A DNA stretch of 64,000 nucleotides from Bilabrum cf. latius (Eukaryota). The stretch lies in the NCBI GenBank assembly GCA_965178125.1, contig OZ237761.1, positions 1 through 64,000 of the forward strand. Direction: 5' to 3'. The notes under the pieces are model-generated. The model saw only the letters and a program-made list of their open reading frames with translations. It made no database searches and was not told the DNA's origin. The position numbers and the translations under genes are program-made. Positions 49,757 to 61,400 of the stretch are shown piece after piece (position 1 is the first letter of the stretch; every line of letters starts with the position of its first letter).

Positions 49757-51910
49757 TCAGCGAGTTGCCATCCCAAGCGGAGGCACCACCCAGACAAACT
49801 CCTCGGCAATGACGCGCCCAGTGCCCTCACCAGGGCATTCCACAGCATGCCCATCGCAAGACTTGCTGCAGCTCCAGACGAAGACCGATAGAAAATCAGT
49901 CCCTAGCAACAGGCCGGCCGGAGCGCCAGCAGGGCGGCCTGTTTCTGCTTCTGCTATCAGGGACGGCAGCAGCTGCACCTCAAAATCGCAGGTAGCGCCG
50001 CACCGGCGGCACGGTGGCACGGTAGGCCTCACCTTTGACGAGGCCGGGGGTGCACCTGTTGGCCACAGGGGTTCGCCGCCGTACGCATATCGAGCCAACT
50101 ACCGGGGCGCGCAGGCCACTCGTGCTCTAAACGCATCCAATGAAGCCTTTATTACCAGCGACGAGGCGCCGCTTTGTCTAGCTGCGCACACGCTTCCGCC
50201 GATACTGGACTCGCCACCTGAAGACCCCTTCCCCTTGCCATGAGCTCCACGCCTCAATGGCTTCCCCTTCCCTTTTACAGTGCTTCCGTCACCAGAATGT
50301 CCAGCAGTTCTCCATCCGCCCGTGCCTCGCCCCGCTAATCCTGGTCCCTCCTCTTTCTCCGCCGTCTCCGATCTCCAGCTCGCCACTGAGGAAGCCGTTG
50401 AGCGCCGGCCTGCCCCACTGTTGCCTCCCTGCGGCCGCTATCCTCGCATCCAATCCCTGCGCAGGTCATCGTCATCGCTGTCGTCTTCCTCCTGGCCCGG
50501 CCCCATGCTTCGACTAGAACCGATCGATCCGTCTCCAGGGCTTGTTCCCACCGCAGTGCTCGGCAACAAGTCCAGAAGAGATCCTGCACCCGCACTCGCG
50601 GCATGCTTCTCGTGCTTACCTCTGCCTTTTCCCTTTCCTTTCTCTTTGCCTTTTGGTGTGTGCAGTGCATGCTCAGCCCCTCCCTTGGCTGCACCACTCC
50701 CATCGCCGCTAGTCATACCGGCGTCTTCCTTCTCCTGTGCAAGGTACCTCTGATAGAGCTCTTCAATATGCGCTGCGTCCCCACTACCTGCAGTCATCGC
50801 GCCGGTTCCAGATCCCGCTGCACTCCTGCCGGTCCCTACCCTTTCCCTGTCTCTTGCTTTCTTTTCGGCAGTCAGGGCCTCCCACGGCTCCTCCTCGCAT
50901 TTCACGGGCATCACAGGCAGCACGATTCCGCTGTCCGTGCCCGCGCCTGGCCCGATCGAAGGGTCCATACTAGCACCTGCTGCTTCCGCTGCACCAGTAG
51001 CAACAGGGGCGCTACTAGTTGAAGCGAAATCAGTAACGCCGGCATCGGAGTCCTACTTTGTCACCCCCGTCGCTGTGCTTCCCACCTGCCTGAACGTGCT
51101 AGCAGACCTGCTGGGTGATCCGGAGGTAGCATCTGCCCTATCTGAGTCTGGCGCTGGCCCAGTGCCGTGCGACTATGTATCTGGCCCGATACAGGCAGCA
51201 AGATCAATGCCTTGCGTAAGCACAGGGCTGCCACTAGCAGGGTCAGAGGGATCGGCTGCAGCTGCAGCGATCGATCCAGTGGCGGAAGGACCCGAGCTCG
51301 TGCCAGTGGTCGGCTCTGTCCAATCCACTGCTGCTGCAGTGTCCCACGGATTTGGTTCGCTGCCAGCAGCCTGGTCTGGGGAATCCACTGCGGCCCAGTC
51401 CGCTGCGCCGTCCTCCGTTGCCTCACCCTCTGGGACCGGGTCTCCAGGGGCGCCCCATGCGCTGCTCGTGTCTTGGTCCAGCCCGGACCAGTCATCAGCG
51501 GCATCTGGTGTGACACCAGACGAGCTAGGTGCGCTAGGCTAAGTCGGACTAGAATCATGACCAGCTCTTGTACTGGAGGTTGGCTCTACTGACGGCTCCG
51601 CCGCCCTGCCGCCTGGGGCTTGGCTGCGAAACACGCGTACTGTTCCAGGCAATCCAGCGCAGTCACTGCGGCGACATACGAACGTATTCAGATATCTCTT
51701 CTCAGTTCCGTAGCATGGAGCGTGAAGCTGCATCAAGTGAATCATTTTGTCGCTGCAATTTCTGCATGTTGGCGTTCTTCGCGGCAACGGTGGTCTCGGA
51801 GCTCCGCCAACGAAAGATGCTTGTGACAAACTTGTGGTTTTCCCCTACAAATCGCAAGACGCGACAAGTAAAACTGCCTCTTCATGCGATCTTGGTCCCA
51901 CAAACGACAT
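49757..51910 (-). CDS. PDCD2L: PDCD2-like / Tsr4 family protein (uS5 chaperone, PDCD2_C domain), ~717 aa
   Basis: Minus-strand frame from ATG 51910 to TGA 49757-49759 through 6 TAGs. N-terminal SFVGGAP...CRNCSDKMIHLMQLHAP...RYLNTFVC....C...VRVFRSQ. C-terminal AFRARVACAPR[TAG]LARYAYGGEPLW...PPCRRCGATCDFEVQLLPSL...DF.SVFVWSCSKSC...EEFVWV. No MYND finger seen. Confidence 0.87.
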
Positions 51911-52068
51911 CACGCGCTAAATCAGGCCGAATAGTTGGATTCTATCCCTTTATCTATTTGGCTCCGGATGTGAGGTACTGGGGTTAGTAACGTGCGAGTC
52001 AAACAAAATCGGAATTTCTCACATCTTGCCAAACTGCAACAGTTGCACTTACCTTCGCACCTAGGGCT

Positions 52069-53835
52069 ATGAAGACTGTTGTTCCTTTGCTTGCCTCGAT
52101 ACTAGCAGCGAGTGCGCTGGGATCACCGGAAGAATTATTGAGAGATGCGGTTTTGCAGTCTCTGGGAGCAGGCTTTGCACGTATGTCTCATCGGCAAGAG
52201 AGTCTTGGCGCTTCCGTCGGCCATGTCTTGGCAGAGATGCACAGCCGTCTATCTGGCTAGTTTGGATCCAGTGGACGTCGGGCGTCTGGGAGTCCTCCAC
52301 CGGGTGGCAATGGGACTGCCCTGCTGCCTGACGGGTACTACAGGATTATTCCTACCTTTGAAGGCGGCGCCACTCTACCTGGCAAGCCAGCGGTGGCTCG
52401 GAACGGCGCCAGCCCAGTCGTATCTTACGAGTCGAGGTGTTTTGCCTCGAACGAGGCGAAGGTTTCATCTGTCTCAGACGGCGCGATCGACTTGCAGATC
52501 ACCGGCACCGGCCCGGCCAAGGGGGCCGGCCTGCTGACCCCTTGCACTGAGCTGTACCTCATCGTGCACCCAGGGGACCTGCAGTTCGCCACCATCAAGA
52601 CGGACGGATCAAAGCAGAGCGAGTCCACGACTGTGAAGATGTCCTATAACATCACGGCGCTGCCAGAGGGCACGCAGGAGTGGCTCGGCCACAGCGGCGT
52701 GCGCGTGATGCGGTTCCTTTACGAGCCCCTGGACCTGATCGGAGACCTGGCCGATACTCTGAGCCTGTACATCCCTGCCCTGGCCGAGCCCACCCTGGAC
52801 GCCGCCAGCGCCGAGAGGAACCTCGAGCTGCTGCACGACTACTGCGGGGGGGTGCAGATGCCCCCCCGGAGCAAAATCGTCACGGGGATCCCAGAGGAGG
52901 AGATCAAGTCGGGCACGCTCCTGGCCATCAACCGCCTGGACGGGCTGGGCACGCTGGAGGACTGGGCCACAGGTGCCCGCACCACCCACATCGCCACCAT
53001 GATGTGGCTCGGGTCGGGCGCTGACAGGGCACTCCACGTGGTGGAGAGCACCGACACGGAGAGCTACTGGCCCAACCCGAACATCCAGAGTACCCTGCTC
53101 AAGGAGTGGATCCCCCTAGCCGTGGCTGCCAACTACTCAGTGGCGCTGCTGCCCCTCAAGCCAGAGCTGCAGGCCAAGTTCGACGCCGGAATCGAGGCGG
53201 CCGAGAACTTCATCTCGGGGTCTCTGGGCGAAAAGTACGGCTACAGGTCATTTGTGGCGACTTTCTACGATGTTCCCGTGGGATCACTTCCGTGGCCCGC
53301 CACATGGCAGGCGGTGGAATCGATCTTCCAGCTGATCGGGCTGGTGGCGCCCTCGATCCCCGAGCTCATCATGAACGAGGGTCTCAACAAGAGGCTCAAC
53401 TCCACGGGACTGGGCATGGTGGCCGCGGCGAATTTGGCCAACCAGAGGAACGTGAGCTGGGGCGAGCTGCTGGCTATGCCGGAGCAGGATTCGTGGGTGT
53501 ACTCGGACGGGCCAGCGAGGGTGTGTGACGTCTACTCGTGCTCCATCTACAAGGCCGCCGGCCTCTTCGGTGACCTGACCGACAAGATCCAGTGCGGCGA
53601 GTTTTAGAACAGGGACGTGTACTCGCTGGATTTCTACGACGTAGCCAGCGAAGACGGGCTGCATGACCCGCGCCCCGCGGCGTGCAAGGAGGCGGACCCG
53701 ACGCTCCCCTACTGCATGCTCATTGGCACGAGGCAGATCGAGCTGAACGGGGTGAACTCGGTGGCGCCGTACGCCGGGATGAACGAGAGGTGCGCTTCCA
53801 CCCCGCCACACTACACACGTGCAGAGGGGTGCTGA
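52069..53835 (+). CDS. Secreted protein, ~588 aa, probable permuted papain-like (NlpC/P60 superfamily, YiiX/YebB-like) domain
   Basis: Signal peptide MKTVVPLLASILAASALG. One frame through TAG 52258 and 53605 to TGA. His-before-Cys motif order IKSGTLLAINRLDG...TTHIA...LHVVES...GEKYG...PEQDSWVYSDGPARVCDVY..IYKAAGLF. Confidence 0.72.
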
Positions 53836-54161
53836 TTTTATGGAATTTGTTTTGCGAGTGCTTAGAGCCAGGCCCCGGTGAGCTTTGTGAACGTTGTGAC
53901 GTGACGCACGCGCATCGGTGCAACGCTTGAGGATGCGACTGGTGCAAGCCTTGCGAACCTACTTGCATGGTTACGGTTTACATTTGTTTGCTTGTACGAC
54001 CAGAATATAGAGACTCTCTCTACGGCAGTGGCTTCAAGTTGTTGTGAAGGAATCATACTCATCACGATCCGCTGGCATCCAGCGGTGTAGTCTACACTGG
54101 CACTAGCGCAACCTGAAGCTACTTGTCCTAAATCCCAAAGGCAAACAGTCTGTGTACCTGT

Positions 54162-57100
54162 ATGAAGCGAAAGCGTGAGGCAGGCGCCAAAGGGGCCGGA
54201 CCAGATTCGAGCGACCCAACGAAGCAACCCAAGGCTGCTAGAAAAAGCACAGTCTCGGCCTGTCTAGCTTGCAAAAGAGCCAAGCGTTCTTGCTGGGCTG
54301 AGAGACCATGTCCCCGATGTGTAAAGCGCGGGATTCCGTGTGTCGAGGTGTTGGACCGCAGGAGCAAAGCCTTTCGTAAAATAAAGTCTGCTGTGAGCGG
54401 GTAGGCGTCATCCTCCATCGTGGTGTCCGTGCACGGGAAGTCCGATAGAACTACTGTGTTCAAGAAAAACCTATCAAAAGGTGCGCGCGAGTCTCTGAAT
54501 GCGGCGTCCAGTGACAGCGCAGACCACGCCCCATCGGATCCCACTACGTCAGAAGACAGCACAGAGTTCAGGCCCAGTACGTTGTTGGATACATAGGAGA
54601 AAACAGTTCGCTGCGATCAGACAGTGAATGATCGGAAATGCAGTAGACCATCTGGCATTGCTGGCCCGCACCAAGCTGCTGCCAGTAGAGGGATACTCCG
54701 TTCTCGTACAGCTAGCCTACCTGCCGCTGGCATGTAGTCTTCCTCCTCTGTATCGTACGCGGAGCAGCAGCTGAGGATCCGTCAGTTAATGGCGCTTGGA
54801 CCCCCGCTATCCATGTCCCAGCCGATGCTGACGATGCAGATCGACAGCAGGGGCGGTCTCCTAATGACGGTGCGGCAGGACCCCACGCACCCAGGTCTGC
54901 AAGCTTTGCTTGGCCAGGACTACAACCGCACCGTTTTCGTGCCACCGGCCATCGAGTCGGCTGCGAACGGGGTGTTGCTGCCGGATGGCGCTCGGCCTGT
55001 GCTACCCCCCCAAGCGCTCCAGCTGCAGAGTGCCTACCAGATTCAGGCGCACGACGCCTACATGTTCGACCAGCTGAGCCGGTCCCCCATCCCAGTGATG
55101 CGGCAAACCTACAATATGCTCACTCTGCAGCCGATGCAGCTATTCATGAACGCAGCAACTCTCGGCATGGTGTGCGGGGAGGAGGAGGTGGCGGTGGCGT
55201 ACATGGGCACGTCTGACTAGCTGATGGAGATGGACCCAATCAGCGCCGTGCTGTAGTCCACCAGCCAGTTGGGAGCTATCATCGGCAGGCGAAGGACGTT
55301 CACGCTGCCTGGTCAGATGTGCAGGCATTTCTTCGTGTCTGAGAAGGCAAAGCAGGAGGCCATGGAGTTTGTCGGATTGGTGGAGGAACAGGGCGAATCC
55401 TACACCAGTGCGGCACGCAAAGCGGTTGCAATCGTCGGTGAGAGACTCGCGCAGGCTCAGGCTCAGCACCACACATCTGCTGGTGCATCGAAGGCGAGCA
55501 GCGGCTTTGGCTCGGCATCGGGCGGAATGGCGGGGGGTGCACGAGCGAGAGCAGGATCAGGATCCTCGTCAACTGGGACGGATACATAGAGCAGCCTGAG
55601 CGGAGAAGGGGAGGCCACCCATTAGCAGGCAGGGGAGGAGGAGGAGCCGCTCTTCGACTTCTTGACGGAGCGCGTGGCCTCGGTGCTCTTCTACGTCGAG
55701 CATGAGATTACTGCCGACTGGGTAGGCACTGCCCCCCGGGCGTTGTGCGGACAGCTCAAGAACTGGGAGAGTCTCCCGAGTAAAGAGGAGCATCTCGGGG
55801 AGTTCCGTGGCCTTGCTGACCAACGGATCCAAGGGCCTTACCTGCCATGGTGCTGGGCCGCCGCAGAAACCATTGAAGCGAAGCAGAAGGAGGAGCCTTT
55901 CCGGCCGTGGTCGACCCGACCGACAAAGTTACCAACTAGACGTTTGGATGGATCTGTCTAGCCCCTTGCTTCTGGGACAGGGCATCCCCCAGTCCCGCAT
56001 CCAGCAGCGCAGAGTGGCGATGCAGCGACGCCACCTTCTAGCCGTGACGTGACGCACGGCCAGCACTTGAGCCACCCTTCCTCTGGACAGGAGTCGTCGG
56101 GTGCATCGGTCCCTATTGATGGCGTACAGTCAAGTAACCCTTCGTCATCATCCGGAAAAGGATCCTCTGGCGCATCAGCGGCCACCGACCAAGACAACAT
56201 CGCCGACGATGCGTCCAGCTTGCCACGCGGCAGGGCTTCCGCGATGCATGCCACCTCGACCAGCAGCCGACCTGGAAGTGCTGCGTCTGGAGTATTGCAA
56301 GCCGGCAGTTCCACCACAGCTCATCAAGGTCCAGGCCACGATTGGATGCAGACTCCGGCCAGTGGAAGCCCCAGCGCCGGATCTGCTGGTAGCAGCTTGC
56401 ACATGCCAGCAGGGGAGGGCAACGACCGCGCCGGGCGATTCGCCCTAGGCAGCCCTTAGAGCTTGGCGCTTGGCTCCTTGGGAACCGGCTCAGTACTCGA
56501 TGATGGTGCCGGCAAAGGCGCCGGCAATGACGATGCGTCCTCTCTTGCATCACATGGGATGCAGCCCATGATGCTCGGCTCTCCCTCTGCTGGTTTCGAT
56601 GCTGGCGCCGGCGAGTCGAAGCAGTCCCGATCGTGGGGTGGATTCGAGCCGGGTGAGGTGGCACTCACCCGTCCCATTTCAGCAGCAGACACACACAGGA
56701 TGGACCCGCCGAGGGGAAGCACAAAGACATACGTGGAGGCGCCGTCCTTGGGCCTGCCATATTCGGGGTCATAGCGATTCCTGAGTCCGGGGTAGGCAAG
56801 TGGTCAGCAGGCCATGATCGAGGAGGGGATGCCGGGTGCACACGGTGCAGGTGCTAGCAGTGGTGGATCGGCGTATGGAACCGGCGCTGGAGTAGGTGTC
56901 TCGTCATCGTCAAGCAGTGCAATGATTGGTGCTGGCAGCAGCAGCAGCAGCAGCAGCAGCTCTCATGCAGCTGCAGCTGGTGCAGGCCACGGCATGAGCA
57001 CACTGCAGCCCATGCCTATGGTGCACCGCTTCGGCGGCGTCAGGCGCTCCGATGATCCAGGCCACGGTACGGCTGCAGGTCAGATTTGGGATCTGGACGA

Positions 57101-57578
57101 GATCAGCGAGGTGTCCGGCTCAGTCATGTCCAGCTTGCCGCCCTCCAAGCGTGCCCGGACGGAGCGGGGCGGCGCCGGTGGCACAGGCAGAGCGGTGCCG
57201 CGGATGGATGGTGAAGATGGATTCGGATCACCTCTCGGGGAGGCATCAGGCACTGGGTCGTATGCGTACGTATGGCCTGAAGCGTCTGATTCCCCAACTC
57301 ATCACGAATTGCGCCAGGATGCCGCGGGTGGTGCAGCGCACCTGTCTCCTGCCGACCGTGCCAGACTCCGGTGGATCCCGCGTGAGCTACTCGCGGTGCT
57401 GGACCCAGTGGACGTGCAGATGCTGAAGAGGAAGGTCGTTCTGCAATCGGAGCTGCAAGCATGGCACTTCGATTTCCGCAGGAGGCTGCAGATGCCGGGG
57501 AGCAGGCTGGGTGAGGAGCTGACGAGGTTGATCCTGAGTGCCTCGAGCGGGGATGCGAGGATAGTTGGACCATCGTAA
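54162..57578 (+). CDS. Zn(II)2Cys6 zinc-cluster transcription factor, ~1,138 aa
   Basis: ACLACKRAKRSCWAERPCPRCVKRGIPC near the N-terminus. The frame continues through 11 TAGs to TAA 57576-57578, with Ser/Gly/Ala low-complexity regions. Confidence 0.85.
56935..56960 (+). repeat. (AGC)n microsatellite encoding poly-Ser within the second zinc-cluster gene
   Basis: gcagcagcagcagcagcagcagcagc read as AGC Ser codons. Confidence 0.8.
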
Positions 57579-58479
57579 GTTACATAAATGATCGTCATTG
57601 CATGTACAATACGCTGTGCATTACCGTCCGCAGGGCATGATGTCTGTGACGACGCCTACGAGGTGACACGGCTCTATGGGTAACTGTCTATTTCTGAATC
57701 AAGTCGACATGCAGTGACAAGCAAAAACATTCTTGGATCTGTAAAGAGCAGATCTAAGCCCAAGAGCTGAATCATACTATTAATGACCAAATTTGATCCG
57801 GATGCTAGCCATCGGATTGCGACGACTACGTGGGATCTTGCCTCGTTAAGAGCACCCAGGGATCCTGGATCCTGGATACATGCCAGGGTATACGCGCAAC
57901 CTAGTCTCTAAATCAATCAGACATGGCAAGACCTGACGAAGCTGTGCATGTGCGCGACCCTTGACCAGATTGACCGGGCTAGGAAGAGCACGGGCACCAC
58001 ACCGCCGAGGAGGAGGGGGTCGGGAGGGTGGGCAACAAAATACCCAATCTCCGCACCTCTCCTAGAGAGGATATGCGCGTCATCGCAAAGCAATCCGTTG
58101 TCATTGGTCGCATCTTCCGATTGCGACCCCCAGCGGAACCCACGTGACGTCCCAGCGCTTTCACCCTGACATCCACTCCGAACCGCATTCGGCGATAGGA
58201 TCCAGACACCAACTCAAAAGATGAAAGCGATCAAAAGCTGTAGCATTAAAAACACATGCTGAGTAGAATGGCAAGACGTAGGAGCCTCTACTTGACTCCG
58301 ATTCCGACTATTACTACTCAACTGGCGCCCACCCGGGTGGCACCACATTGCACACCACTGGCGTCCATCGCACACTCAGCTGGCACGTGACCCCCATATC
58401 ACGGCTGGCATCCCACCAGCACTTCCGCTAACGGATATTGATCCGTTTCCCACGGACCGTACTATGCTCACAGTGTTGA

Positions 58480-61400
58480 TCAGAGTGGCACCTTCTTCTG
58501 GAGGATGACGTGTACCCCACTTGCAGCCTTCTTGCCGTGGAACAGAGGCATAACCTCAGACGGGCTGAGCGAGGCCGCGCCCATCCCTTCTTCCGCCCCC
58601 CCTCTCTCTTCAAAGGCCTTGTAGAGTGCCTTAATGTCTCCCAACGAGCAAGCAACAGCATGCCTCACGTCCTCGTTCATCAACCCAGAGTCCTACATAA
58701 GGTCTAAAACGGCCAATTCGGTGGTAAGCGTGACGACAGAGCGGCGTGATTCCTGCCACTTCTTGGGCGGGTGCGTTACGGAATCCGCATGGGCGGCTTC
58801 GACTGTGGTGGATCGATCTAGCACGAACTCAAACCCAATCTCGGGGGACTCTGAGCTTGTGCTTGCTACCACCACCAGGGGGTGGGACTGCAGCCTTGTG
58901 CGCCTGTCGATTCCCCCCTCTTCGCTGGGGTCCTTGTTCGGAAGGTACCGCTTCATGAACTCAGAGAGTGACTCGGCATCTGTAAGACCTGTGACTGCAC
59001 TGATGAGAGTGGCTGGGCCCGCAGTGCTCATCTCGCCATCCATTGTCTGGATTAGGTAGGGAGACGTACGGAAGGCTAGAGCCATTGCAACCAGGTCACC
59101 AATCCGGGCAGATGGCGTGGCCAGAGCGTGCGAGAGACTTGCACTAATGCCGTCATGCAGGTCCTATCTCGTGCCCTCCATGTTGCCAGTAGAGGCCAGA
59201 CTGAGTTCCAGGATATAGAGCTTGAGTGCATCAACCGTCCTGTTTATGGGGTGGCGGAGCTTGCCATTCCCACTGGAAGCCCGCGCGCCTCTAAGGGTCC
59301 GACCCCTGTTTGCCCGCATGCCAGTCCTACCGTGCTGCAGCTGCAGGAGCAAGGGCTCATTGGTATCGATCACATCCTTGTCGATCGTAGAGTCAACACT
59401 TGAGGAGAGATCATTGCCCTCGTGCAGTGGTGGCAGATTGCTGTTCTTGGCTTCGCTGCGAGGCTTGGTCTCCACGCGCCCTCGTGCCTGAAGGCTGCGC
59501 TGACCAGCGGCATCGAGCGCTTTCGTGTCGAAGTGTGGCCCGGCGCTGGACAACCACTCGTTGAATTGGCCATCGTCAAAAGCAGCCTTCAATTGTTCGT
59601 CGAGCAGCTTGAGGTCGGTCTCTCCCATAACCACGTGCGCGAGGCGGGTCAGCGCCCTCACGTTAGAGATCATGCCGTTTTCCTTGGCATCCGAAATAAG
59701 CTTGGTCAAGTGCCTTACTGCATGCACCAGGCCAGCAAAAGCTGCTTGCTGAGGCCGCATGGAAATCTTGGAGCTCGTGCTTGATTCCTCGATGGAATCA
59801 GTTTGCTGGCTTTGCTAAGCCTGAACTTCGTCTGCGGGGACGCCGATCCACTTCGGCATGCATTTGTCCCAAAACTAAGAAGCCACACCCGTTTCGATAC
59901 GGATCGTTCGCACTGCAATCGACCGGAGGATTGCGGCCGCCTTCCGCGTTAGTTGCTCCTGCTTCTCTAGAGCCAGTGATGCGAGCTCCAAGGCGACGTC
60001 TGGCTTGTCAGTGAACTTGGCGGCGCCGTTGCCTGCCATCGTAATAGCCGTCTGGAACGCAGCCTTCCTCAGCTGATTAAGATCCACCTCCGGATCCGGC
60101 TTGTCGTTGAACGTTGGGAAGCAAACGCGGTCGCCCAGTTTCCAGAGGTCTTCCAATGCGATATTGCGGGCTTCCTCGGCTGCGAACGCGAGGGGCCTCG
60201 TCATGCCAGCGTTCCCGGCCGTTTGGAGGTCGGAGCGAACACGTCCTGTCTACACGTCAGACACGTAAGGTGTGGCGCCCTGTAGCGCAAGGAAGGCAGC
60301 CATCCCGCGGTAGAAGCTGTAGCTGTCGCGGGAGCTACCGTCGAGCTCACCAGCTAGCCAGAACTCCTTGTCCAGCACTCGCTTCACTGCATCCCGCAAA
60401 GTAGCGTCGGGGTCGATGTTGTCGAATAGCACTGGCCGAGCCTGCACCTTCGACTCGCAAAACTGGCCAGCATAGCCCTGCTCGCACTCGCAGACAGCGC
60501 GAAGCTTGCCGAGAGCTGAAGATGCCTCTGCCACGTCTAGTGGAAGGGTTGCGGCGTCGCGGAAGATGCACTGTCCGTGGCCTGAGCAGTACTCGATGGC
60601 ATCGTCGGGTCCACTCTCTCCGCACCATCCAGCCGTAAGGCGACTCGCGCCATGCATGGCTGCTTCCACATCTCGCAGTGTCGCTCTTGGAACCGAGTAG
60701 TCCTTGGTGACGTGTAAGAATGATGTCAGCGCGTCACTGCCTGTGCGCACTTCAATGAGACCATCTTCCTGCCCACTTTTAGGTTCATAAGCTCTATTCG
60801 TTTCTGAGTGCGAGCCACTTTCGAACATGTTGGCCTTCTTGGCTGCACTGGGGCTCTTGAGCGCAATGGAGTATACGCGCTTGCCACCCTTATTCACTCG
60901 GTAGTAATAGTCCTCCAACGGTTTGTTTAGACTGTCCAGCTCTTCGGGAGTCAAAGGGGCGCGGTAGCTCTTTATTGACACATCAGAGACCGGCGGACCA
61001 CTTGCGTGCAGTGCGACCAATGCCTGCGAAAACGCAGCGTAGTTCTCCTTGTCCGGCCGGAGGCGCTTGTCCTTGCTACGTGTTACTGCTCGACTAAATC
61101 CGACGGGCGCGAACACCTGGGTCTCCCCCTGGATACCCATGTAGTAGTCATCATTGAGGCAAACGGCTTTCGAGGAGAACTCAAAGCTCTTCTCTTCCCA
61201 CACCTTCAGCTGGAGCAAACCGTTTACGACGGACACCGCCTGCGCTCGGCTGTATGCTCGCTGGCTGGGGCTGAAGGACTTGACGGGGCCAGAGACAGAA
61301 GTATCCCTCATCTCGGGCTGGCTCTGGAATAGGTGCAGGTCGCTGCGACCCTTCTGGGCGATGCCAGCGTACGCGCTCTTGGCCCAGGCATCGTGCTACA

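Noticed and set aside
57600-58470. Small ORFs and a 12-bp palindrome CCACCCGGGTGG (~58329-58340) between convergent genes
   Set aside because: No protein motifs; a single short palindrome in GC-rich DNA is not significant. Likely 3' UTR or intergenic DNA.
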